Source: Octopus vulgaris (lineage: Eukaryota). From it: a DNA stretch of 64,000 bases. Under the pieces are notes generated by a model, which saw only the letters and a program-made list of their open reading frames with translations, did no database searches and was not told where the DNA came from. Numbering within the stretch: position 1 is the first letter of the stretch; each line of letters starts with the position of its first letter. Made by a program: the position numbers and the translations under genes. The stretch lies in contig OX597823.1 of NCBI GenBank assembly GCA_951406725.2, forward strand, positions 61,008,001 through 61,072,000, given 5' to 3'. Shown here in pieces: positions 52,609 through 64,000 of this stretch.

Positions 52609-54379
52609 CACTCTCTCTCTCTCTATATATATATGTTAATTTGTATATATATATATGAATATAGAATTTGTGACATGGCTGTATGGATGCAGAGTTCATT
52701 GTTATCACTTGGTCTCAAAATCTATCTCAGTGCATTCTAGTGCTTTCAACAAGTGTTTTCTACTTACAATGCATTGGCTGGTTCAAGCCCTTAAGCCAGT
52801 CAATGCATTGTAAATAGAACTGATAGACAGAAACAATATGTAAATCCATTGTGTGTGTGTGTGTGTATAAACATTTGTTTTCTAGCTCTGGAATGAAAAA
52901 GCATTGAGCAAAACCTGTATATATAAAACCTGTACACATAAATGCATAAACACACACACATCTACTTGGCAGTCACATAATTGACAAAGTGATATAGAGA
53001 GGTGCCGTATTCATTGGCTGGCATTACATTATAATCTTCATCTGTTACTTGAGTAAAAGAAAGAAGTAACTTTCGAAGAAGTAACTATATAGGCATTAGA
53101 TTGGTGGACTGAATTATGAAAGCAATTAAAAGTGTATTAGCACAATTAATTGGAAAGACAATCAGCTAAGATGAGATGCATTTCTGAGCCAGGCCGTAGT
53201 ATTACTGGTTGCTTTTACTCTTTTTCATTGTGACATAACTGCGAAAGAAATTGCATTACACTTGTCATATCTATTCTTTATACATTTAAGTTGATTGCAT
53301 CCAAAGAGGGCTACTGTCGAACTCTTGTGTGCAAAGCCTTTCAGGGAAATAAATATTAGGATATTTGTTTTTTATATAAGAATTAATAAGGTAGAACCAG
53401 TAACTTAGGGCTGGAAAGCAAAAGATTATTTTCCTTCCCAAGAGAAAGGTCAGTTTGTAAATCCAACTTTAGAAAGCTATACATGTTGGGAGAGAAAGCA
53501 AGAGAGGTATATCAAGGCATGAAAAGGGTATGGAGGGCAGAAATATTATATAAATAATGGAGAGTCAAGTGCAAGAAGCAGTGTGGTGGAGTGAAGAAGT
53601 AGGGGTGTTGATTTTTCTTTGGCACCTTGAACTAGTTTCTGAGAATGTACTTAATCTTGTGTAAACAAGCTGAAGCCATCTCTGATTTGGTATTTAAGGT
53701 ACATCCCAAGCATGAAGTAACTCTCAAAGTATCAATCTCATTATTACTAAATATAATCTGCAGTTTCTGTCATTATTGGAGTCAGGCTTACAATTCTCTC
53801 ATCACCTTCATTTCATATCATATTCTACAACCTTCTTTAACTGCCATATATACTTGGCCAGTGTTATTATGTTCCAGGCTAGAAACTCTTAAAGTATGGG
53901 GTAGGATTATGAAGGCATTCCTTGAAGAGGCCCTCCATCAGTCTGATATAGTCCATTATGCTGTATATGTCATCTGCCCTCCCTCCTGGGTTGACTTCAA
54001 CTTCATACAGATGCACAGATGGCATAGATGCAAATGCACAAGTAAAAATGGAGCACACACACTTGTGTACTAAAGTAACTGCAAATATGTTAATAAAATT
54101 ACATTTTCCTTCTCATATGAACGTAGTTGCTGGCATTCACTTCAAACTTTGACGGTCAAAGTAAGGGATACTGACAGAAAAACATGCACAAACATAAAAG
54201 CACAAGCATGTAAAATATTGTCAAATTGAAGGGTGGCATTCAAAAATAAACCAAGTATGTTTTTATTGTCAAGTAATATTTTAATCAGTCACCAGAATTT
54301 TCATATTTTTCACTTGATGTTACTTTCGAAGGAAATTTATTGTTATTTTTATTTAATTATCAAAAGTTTCTGAGCAGTT

Positions 54380-55900
54380 TAATGGGGTGTTGATTTTAAC
54401 CATTCCAAAGGTCCTAAGACTATAGTTTCTACAATATTGCCCCTCTCTTCTTGCTACACTATATTTATTACAGAAAACACTGATTCAATTTGTGCAGAAG
54501 TATCAAGAAGATAGAGTGTTCATTTTACTACAGTACTAAGATTTTTGTATAGCTTTCTTTACAACAGTTTTATGTTGCCTAAACCTCTGTCTTAGAAGCA
54601 CAAAAATTTATCTGCACTAACAACCACATCAATTAATTTATCAGTGTTTTTTTCTTGTTATTCAGTTTTTTGTTTATCTTAACTGCAGACTACTCAACTC
54701 TGGGTCAAAATATTTCTCCAGAAGTTTTTCATTCATTCAAAGTTCTCTTTCCATAGTATAGGTATTCAAGACACCTTTCAAAAAGAAAAAAAAAAGAAAG
54801 AAAATTCTTCTTCACTTTGTCAATGCTTTTTTAAAAAATTTTCTCAGCAAGGCGTTTGCATCTTGAGGCACAAATTCACAGTCTCTCTGTTTTTAATCAG
54901 GTTTTGCATCTCCAGTTTGATAGCTGCTGTGTCACTACTGTCCTTTTCCTCAGTCAATTTGTTGCAGACTAAGCTGTCTGTGTACAAACCATAAGTAGAT
55001 TCCTCCAAAATCAGGTCAAAGAATTGCTTCATCAGTCTTAGGCAGTGTTCTTAGGAACCAAATTAGGATGTCAAACCAGTGAAAATATAAGAAATATTTC
55101 AGCTACTAGTAGTATTGACAAAAATATGGTATTACCATGCTGTAATAGCATTTTTTATTTTATATTGTGACTCTGGCAAAGTCACAATTTTTTTTTTCAG
55201 CTGTGTTACACAAACAGTATATATGAAAATATTTGAAAACTTTCATAGTAAGTGCTTCTGTCTCAGTTGGTACTACCTCAGCAGCTATTTGGAGAGAGTT
55301 GTGCATGATATGTGCACCACAGCCAGTTCCAATGTCTCTTCAAAGTTTGGCAGTCAGTCAGCTATATATTTTGTTCTTGCTTTTTTTTCATTTCATACCG
55401 CCAAAATTTATGCCACAGTTAAGTGCCTCCACAAAACCTGACAACTTTTTCCATTTTTTCATGAATTAGTCAAGATCTAGTTGTGCACATTGAAAAATTC
55501 TTCTTGTGTCTCCTTACCAGAGATGTGTCATACAAAATACAGTAACATTTCAACATCTTTTTGATTCAAAACATCCATAGAAATTGTCTCAAAATATGTC
55601 CCCTACAGGTCTTTAGTATAGCAAGCTCTGATTTAGCCATTGGTGCAGTTACATTATAAAATAGTACTTCACATTTTCTCATTGCTAAATTAAGTTTTGG
55701 CTGAAAACATTTTGAGACCAACTTGGTGGAACAGCTAACAGTTTCAATATTGAAAAATATATTCTTAATGACCTCTTCCATTTTCTTTGTCGCAATTGAT
55801 CTGGCACCAGAGTATCTAATAGTGGTCATCTTACTGGGATCATTGAGAACTGCTGCTATTGTGAAGGCTTCCTGTTAGCTGCGCTACATAAATTTGTGTC
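54380..55900 (-). mobile_element. Degenerate hAT-superfamily transposase fossil
   Basis: Frameshifted minus-strand pieces in colinear order: SCSTKLVSKCFQPK..RKCEVLFYNVTAP; KVVRFCG/NCGINFGG; GCGAHIMHNSLQ (CxxH motif, about 55324-55289); KVFKYFHIY; LQHGNT; and TSAQIESVFSVIN (hAT C-terminal dimerisation ERxFS-like). Many stops; termini not identified. Confidence 0.8.
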
Positions 55901-56227
55901 TTCACTATGAACACTTCATTGTTACAGCCACTATTTTCATATAAAACTCAGTCTCATGTACAATTGGGAATATCTTAAACGTTTGAATAATCCAGTAACT
56001 ATCGTGTATGAAATTGTATATACATATACACACACACACACAGCATGTAAAAAAGCACTCAGTTCACTCTGTATATTAGTTTGGCATTAGGAAGGGCATC
56101 CATCTGCAAAAGCCATTTGAAAGTAGACAGTGGAGCTTAACATAGTTCTGTGGCTTACCAGTTTCTGTCAAACTGTCCAACCCATGCCAGCATAGAAGAC
56201 AAACATTAAATGATGACACCACCACCA

Positions 56228-56261
<34 letters not shown>

Positions 56262-57387
56262 TTTCTCCTTATGTTTGTTTCACTGTATGAATATTCGTGT
56301 GTGTATAAATAAATATGTGTGTCTTTCTGTTTATATGATTATATCTCTATATGAATATTCAGATATATATACATATATATATTGTGCATGTGTATATAAA
56401 TAAATAAATACACACACACACTCACATACACATATGTGGGTTATTTGTATAAATGTTTTGGTGAAATGTGTCTATATGTGAAGATGTATATAAACTTGAT
56501 AACTATAAGCATCAAATATTAATATCCCTCATTATTTACAATAGCGAGTAATTAAAAATAAACTCTTTTGTCTATTTGAATATATGCTTGGACACAATAT
56601 TTGCACACAAACTACAAATTTCTATGTCTTTGACCCATCACCCCAAATAAATTTCACTCCTTGCACCTTTGTTTACTTGTACACTTGAATGAACCCAAAC
56701 TAGAATATAAAAGCAATCATTAATTTCCTACACTAAATATAACTAATTTAAGCTGATGATAGATAACAAAGACACCTACCCAACCAGAACAATGTCTTCC
56801 TTACCTCCTCTTCTCATCCACCCTCATCCAGTATACATTCATCTTCTCCCTCCTTTCCCCCTTATTCTACTACTTCCCCCTTCTCCCCACAACTTATTTT
56901 TGCTCACCCAATTGAACTATCCATAAAGATGTTAATTTATATGCTACAATTAAACCACACCTACTTTGTAACTACCATGTACCAACCACAAGATGAGCCA
57001 AAAAATTTATGAATCTGATGAAGGCCACTGGACTGTCTCCTGTCCCCACTCACCTCTATCATCTCATGTCTTTGAGTTTCACCCAAGCACCTTTTTCTTT
57101 AATATAAAATAACTATAATACAGACACACATACACATATCATCATTTAACATCCATTTTCTATGTTGGCATGGACTTGACGGTTTGACAGCATCTGACAG
57201 GTCCAAAGACTGTGTGGTGCACTAGTGGCTGCTTCAGCATAATTTCTCCAATGGCTTGATACCTCTTCTAATGCAAACCATTTTACAGAGTATTGTGTGT
57301 GCATCCATGTGTGTGTGTGTGTTTTTCCACCTGTACTTGTGAGGTAGCCATGCAGCTCATAAAACTGAGATCTCTTTCAATTCAAAT

Positions 57388-57771
57388 GGAAGCACTCCGT
57401 CGGTTACGACGACGAGGGTTCTGGTTGATCCGAATCAACAGAACAGCCTGCTCGTGAAATTAACGTGTAAGTGGCTGAGCACTCCACAGACAAGTGTACC
57501 CTTAACGTAGTTCTCGGGGATATTCAGCGTGACACAGAGAGTGACAAGGCCGGCCCTTTGAAATACAGGTACAACAGAAACAGGAAGTAAGAGTGAGAGA
57601 AAGTTGTGGTGAAAGAGTACAGCAGGGATCACCACCATCCCCTGCCGGAGCCTCGTGGAGCTTTAGGTGTTTTCGCTCAATAAACACTCACAACGCCCGG
57701 TCTGGGAATCGAGACTGTGATCCTATGACCGCGAGTCCGCTGCCCTAACCACTGGGCCATTGCGCCTCCAC
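57388..57771 (-). mobile_element. Full-length young tRNA-derived SINE (family B) with a 12-bp TSD
   Basis: The minus-strand head ggaggcgcaaTGGCCCAGTGGttagggc...gtctcgattccc carries pol III A/B boxes. CpGs are retained. Flanked by ttcaattcaaat at 57376-57387 and 57772-57783. Confidence 0.92.
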
Positions 57772-59585
57772 TTCAATTCAAATAGGATATAGTAGAAAGG
57801 AAGCAGCTTTACACTAGGAGATGAAAGGTAACGGTGTCAGAGAAGGGACCAGAGCAGAACAGGTGTTGTGCTGTAGAGGAGCCACATGGCTACTTACATT
57901 TCGGAGGAGAGGGTGGGAGTGACACAGGGTGGCACTGCAAAGGGATTTTAAAAAATAACATAACAGAACGGCATCTCATCCAGTCTAATCCTTCTTTTCC
58001 AATCAATGTTGCTATAATTCTTTCTGTAATTTTCATATCCTAGTCCAGTTTACTGATGCCTCTGTAGTTTTCTTTTGTGTCAGTTTATGATGCTGTTGCT
58101 ATGCTAGCCATTGGTCATCATACCTTCCTCTATTACTGTCTGTTTTTACTTTCATTTCTAGTTAGTTTCTATGTTTTTTAGCCTGGAAGCCACCTACTTT
58201 TGACAAAGTAAATACCTTCCATGTCTTGTTGCATTAATAATGAAGAATTACCCAAATGTCTTCTTTTCAACAATACTAGCCTAACCATTTCATTATTCTG
58301 TTTCTAACTAAAACACTGCTCTTACATGTTTCAGATGAATTTTAAAATAATCATGAATTTATCCTGGTTTCATAAAGCAACTACAACCTTTTTATTTATT
58401 GATATATTAATGTGGTTTTCGGAACACAACAAATGGTTATTAAATAAATCTATTACGTAGTTTTTGTCGCAAAGCAAATCTAATAGGTAAATATGGGTAA
58501 ATTGAGTAAAATGTAAATGTATTTAAATTTTGCTTAAACATCACCATATAAAATAAGTTATTAGCTAATATTCAATTGGGTATACAGCGAAATTGTAATA
58601 TAGGAGAATTGTGCACATTATTGGATTTTCAATTGAACTTAAGTGCATATAAAATAGGCATGCCACAAAGGTAAAATAAAAATGAAATATCGGAATTTAT
58701 GTCTAAAGAAAACTACAAAATGAAATAAATACACAGAAACATAGTGATTCACTAATATAATTTATCAAAATTTGTCACCCACCTTACTGGCAAATTAAAA
58801 CTACAAGACAATAAATAAGAACAAAGTAAATTTTAAAAAAGCATTTTATAAAATCAAATTATACATATACAAATATACACTTGAATGGTATTCCTCTTGT
58901 GGAAAGTTATAAAGTATCTCACTTCACAAAATGAACATTGAAAAGTCATTTAGGTTGACTATCTACTGGGAGTTTTCTTTTTCCGAGATATAGTTTTTCA
59001 CAATTATTACTCTGACAGCTTTTTGCCTTCTTTCTAACAGTTTTGTTTCTTTTCTTTGCTTTTCTTTCTTTTTCTTTTTTTAAAATTTTTTTATTTGATG
59101 GATAGCTTACCCTTACACTCAACTGCATTGTTACATCTAAACTCTACACAGAACTGCAGTTGCTTGCATCTGTTTCGAAGCACCCCTAATTTGGGTTATT
59201 GTAGGAAAGCATTCAAAATACCAATATTTACTATTTATCGAACTAAGTATTGCCATTATTTTTTACCCAGTCTACTAACCATGTAATGCTTTTTTGATTC
59301 ATTCAGTTAATGCCACCTATGCAACTTTTGTAATCAGACTCCATGGACCATGTGCCATTTTTATCCACATATTGGAAAATAAAATGGCTTTGTATTGTAT
59401 GAGGTCACTGAACAGTTTCCTTTCTGTTTACATTGTGGCAAACAAAAATTTGGTTTATAGGTATGATTGGGATTTTAACATTTAGGGTTAGAATTTTAGA
59501 GTTTAAATTACATGGTGGGGAAAATTATTTGAAAAATAATTAAATTTGTAAATTGTACTCACATGCATAATTCCAGTCTTAGATC

Positions 59586-59923
59586 TTTGTTTCAGTCATT
59601 AGACTGCAGCTCTGCTGGGGCACTTCCTTGAAGAATTTTAGTCAAATGAATTGATCCCTGTACGTTTTTTTCTTTAGCTAAACCATTAAGTTACAGGGAT
59701 GTAAACACACCAACACTGCTTGTCAAGTGGTGGTGGAAGACAACCACTCACACAATACACACAGATATGTATATAAATATGATGGGCTTCTTTCAGTTTC
59801 TATCGACCAAATCTCCTCACAAGGTATTGGTTGGCCCGAGACTATAGTAGATGACACTTGCCCAGAATCTGGAACCATGATTCATGAGAAGCATACTTCT
59901 TACCACACAGCCACCCTGTGCCC
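59586..59923 (-). mobile_element. SINE family A
   Basis: ttgtttcagtcatt...gggcttctttcagtttc...cttaccacacagccac. Confidence 0.8.
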
Positions 59924-59989
59924 ATATATATATATATTAAGCGCACGATTTATTCGTGATCAGAGTTGTTTGAAAACTGAGGTACTACT

Positions 59990-60292
<303 letters not shown>

Positions 60293-60889
60293 GAGGCACA
60301 TGTTAAGAAGTTCACTTTTCAACAATATGGTTTTAGATTCAGTCTCACTCTGGGGCATCTTGTGCTCATGTTTGCTTTGAGCTCATAAATGTCTTTTGAA
60401 TGAAATTGGTAGGTGGAAACTTCAGAAGTTTTTTCTGTTTGTTTGTTTGTTTGTTTGTTTGTTTTTGTTTTTGTTTTTGTTTTTTGATAATCAGCTTTGG
60501 CTTGTGAAACATATTTATATCTGTTTAAGAATTCTTCAGTAAATCTGTATTTTGGATTTCACTCAGTTTGATAATTCCAATATGTCTGATACTTCTTGCA
60601 TTGAGTTGATTATTTGGATTAATTGCTGCCAGTCACCTGATTGTTAGTCTACACACACACATACACACACACATATAGTGTGTTTGTGTGTGTGTCTATG
60701 TCTTTATTTAGGTCCTATCACTTAACTGTAAGAAAAGCTACCAATTACTTCAAAGGAACCTTTTCGTGGGTATTTCAAAGAAATTATCTGCTACTTAAGA
60801 ATTCTATCTTCTCCATTAGTCTCCATGTGATCCCACTACATCTTGTTCATTCCTATTTTGCATTAAAATTTGTAGAATTTATATCTATA

Positions 60890-61980
60890 CCTTTTTTTAC
60901 TTATTGGTTTCAAATTTACATATTGAGCACATCCATTTCTCTAATGTTGACAGGATCCATTCTTCTCTCCTGTTTTAATCTTTGATAAATTTACTATGAT
61001 TCTAGACTCTGCCCCTCCTTGTCTGGAATTTCTTCTCTTAACCTGCTACATGCTCAGTTATAAGGACTGACTCATGGGCAAGCAGGGGTTCATATGGACC
61101 ACCAGCTTTAAGCTCTTCTGTTATGGCTTCGAGGTCTACCACAAAAAGGCAGGTACAGATGACTAAGCTTTGATGGACTCCAACCTACACAATAAATTTA
61201 TCTCAGCTTTCTGACTGCACCTCTATATATGGCTTGAATGGCTCTCACAAATCATTTGTCTACCCTTAGTTTTCTTACTGATCACCAGATTATAGAACAT
61301 GGAACCCATTTAAAGCAAATGCATACTTTCTCCAGCTTTTACAGTTTTATTTGTAGTTCTTCTGCCACCATGTTACAGTCTGTGTTATCGAAACCCTGAC
61401 CCAGTTACAGATCTGGTCTATGGCCCTCAACAGCTTATTCCATAAAACCTCTGTTCTAAGTTTCCATCTCCAACTTCTTTTTTGTTAAATCTTTCATCTG
61501 GTACTTCTCTGAACTTCTAGCAGCTCTATGGCTCTATTTTTGTTTTCTCTCCAAACCAGCTGTCTTACATCTCTGATTTTATTTAGCCCTAATTCTGAAG
61601 TCACTAATTGCTAGTTTCTGTTGATCAGTACATTGTTCAGCAGGGAAAGATTTAGTATTCACAACCATCTGTTTAGCCTGTTTCTAGTTAGAATGAAGTC
61701 TTTCTGGCTTATATGTTTGCTTGAGTGCCAGGTGATTTGGTGGCTGGCTGCTTGGTTTGCTGAAGTTCATGTTGCGATTGTTTAGGTCACTTATATTGCA
61801 GGTCTCCAGAACCCTTGATTCCTCTTGGCTTTTCTTACCATATCTTTGACCTCCATTTACACCACAGCAGTCCTCAAGCTGTTATCCAACATATTCAATA
61901 AGGTCACCACCTGCAATAATGAAGGTGGAAGGGCTTCATAAATGCAGTCTTTCTGTTCATCTTCTAGCCCTGGCTGTGAT
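60890..61980 (-). mobile_element. Degenerate RTE-clade LINE fragment
   Basis: Minus-strand VRKLRVDK*FVRAIQAIYRGA, homologous to 38860-38920; boundaries approximate. Confidence 0.65.
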
Positions 61981-62233
61981 ACTTATGCAGAAATAAATAT
62001 TGCAGCCTATTGTCAATAACTAACCTAAGCTTACTTATTTAATCACTCACTCTAACAACTTCAATTCTCTAATTATCACATTTCTCTGCTAACTGTGTAC
62101 CTACTCCACCTACTTCCTTTGATATTACCTACCTAGAATTATTATTTTTTTTTTACCGTTCTTTGCCTACGATGAGTTTGACTGAAGGTCACCTTCCATC
62201 TTATTTCATGCACACATCTACTTGCCTCTGCTT

Positions 62234-62289
62234 TTGCATCTCTGCAATATTTTCTGAGACCTTGCATCTCTGCAATATTTTCCGAGACC
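62234..62289. repeat. 28-bp tandem duplication (1 mismatch)
   Basis: ttgcatctctgcaatatttt(ct/cc)gagacc occurs twice. Confidence 0.9.
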
Positions 62290-63078
62290 TTTCATCATAC
62301 CATTGATGACAGCAGCAGCTCTGAAGTTTATCACCTCACAAGACGATGCAGGTGGCTATTTATTTGACTTTTGCATCTGAAAAGAATAAGAAAGCTGGTG
62401 CAATCATTTGCTTACAACCAGAACGCTCTCCCACATGACTAGATGTTTCCTTTTTGATTTGGTTTGCTATATTTCACCCATTCGCTTACAATTTCTTGCA
62501 TGCAATTATCATTATTATTATTATTGTTACTACTATTATTAACGTTGGGGTTGTTAGTCTAAGTCACATGATATGTTATATGTTAAGTGTTAGCAGTACA
62601 AGACCCCCAAAAAACAAAAATGCTGGTTACTAAGGGAATACATCATAATAGACATTCCAGAAATTTGCGGTGGGAAGTGGGTGCTCTGAGGATGAACAAT
62701 ACATACTTTAGATTTTAGGCTATCACTATAAGACAGCAAGAAATGAAAACGATACAAACATTAATGATAAAGCTAATGGATAGCAACATATATTTATATA
62801 TATATATATTACTAAATTGCTACATGACAAAGCAAACAAATACAATTAGCTTAACTTTCCATGGATGGAGCAACTTGCAAAGTCACGTGACATATACAGA
62901 GAAGGAAAGGAAACAGACAAATAGAGAGAAGGTGAGAGGGAGAGAGGACAAACAGCATACACTTTTGGTTTTAGGCTATCACTTTTAAGACAATGTGTAT
63001 GAGATGTGTTTTTCTTCAGCGTGCTTTATATATGTGTGTAGTGCATGTGAGAATAAATATATATATACATATATACAT

Positions 63079-63125
<47 letters not shown>

Positions 63126-63900
63126 AATTTAATTGAACCACTGATCCAGTGGTTCAGTTTGCCACCCACTGATGTAATGTTGCATCTTTCATCTAACTCC
63201 ATTTTGGTTAGTAATACAAAGGGAGCACAAACCAGGAACTCTTAACTTTTAGCTACATTCTAGACCACCTACAGAGTTGTGGTGCTTTAGTGAATTAAAT
63301 ATTAGTATAAATGAGCATTATTAAAAGTTTGATGCACTCTCACTTGCCCGACCTTAAACTCCTTGAATATGGCAAACATGTGTGGTCAAACAATTAAAAT
63401 ATTTCCTATGTTGCTTTTCTTTATGCAAGTATTGCTTTCTGTTCCTATGTCAACCAAAATGCCGTTTAACAACAATACAAATGGCTTCATAGATTCCGCA
63501 GCCCTCAAAGAAAGTGTGTTTGTGAGTATGTGAGATTATTTAGTAGTTACTTCTCAAGCATAATTTGTAAACAACTTTCATAACAAATATATTCCATCAA
63601 TTTCATTGTAGTTTGATATCTTGATGCTATTTTCACTTTTTACATTTGTATATTTGTAAAAAGAACTACTTCAGTGCTTCTGAAAAAAAACAACAAAAAA
63701 CAGATTTATAATTAGTGCCTACTTATTTATTTGGAAGACTCAAATTTTTCTTGATGTATGTAGTGAAATCGGTGTTCTTATATATTTAGTTTTCATTTCA
63801 TTTGTTAATTACTCTAGAAAAAATTGCCAGTAACTACTTTATTTATAGATTTTCTACAGCAATACATTTTGAAATCTTTATTTTCATTTTATTTTACTTG

Positions 63901-64000
63901 TCACATTCTTTTTCTTTTCTTTCATTTTTCTTCTTCATTGCTTCACAGACATTCACCATACATTAAATGGCTAATAGTCAATCCGAGTTATTGACTTCAT
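63901..64000 (+). other. Strong 3' splice acceptor (AG 63947-63948) and start of a candidate exon with ATG at 63967 (MANSQSELLTS..., runs off the window)
   Basis: About 45-nt pyrimidine tract ending cttcacAG. All three frames from the acceptor hit stops; only the ATG at 63967 (directly after an in-frame TAA) stays open to the window end. Only 11 codons are visible. Confidence 0.5.

Noticed and set aside
53645-54073. 142-aa + strand ORF
   Set aside because: No domain or coding-like composition recognised; probably a decayed repeat.
57010-57050. ctgatga motif suggesting a Penelope-associated hammerhead ribozyme
   Set aside because: No stem II followed by GAAA and no closing helices could be found.

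Overview
AT-rich (roughly one-third GC by eye), microsatellite-dense animal genomic DNA. The repeat content ((TA)n/(CA)n/(ATT)n/(CAT)n tracts, tRNA-derived SINEs, RTE-type LINE ends) looks like a coleoid cephalopod, probably Octopus; this is inferred, not verified. The only convincing host coding region is one + strand exon (acceptor AG 23263-23264, ATG 23268, stop ending 24746; 492 aa). It encodes a C2H2 transcription factor with three N-terminal tandem fingers and a C-terminal Ikaros/Hunchback-type dimerisation finger pair. A second strong acceptor followed by an ATG (63949/63967) opens at the very end of the window. The rest is intronic or intergenic: at least three SINE families, RTE LINE fragments, two mariner relics, a hAT transposase fossil, piggyBac-type and foldback MITEs and a Helitron-like end. 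The most notable unexplained structures are: (i) two near-perfect 112 and 136 bp inverted copies of adjacent SINE segments beside (TA)n tracts; (ii) a series of polypyrimidine-AG|GT sites resembling recursive splice points; (iii) clustered splice signals in and just after the zinc-finger ORF; (iv) head-to-tail arrays of one SINE family in (ATT)n. Almost all other ORFs in the supplied track are microsatellite or repeat artefacts.
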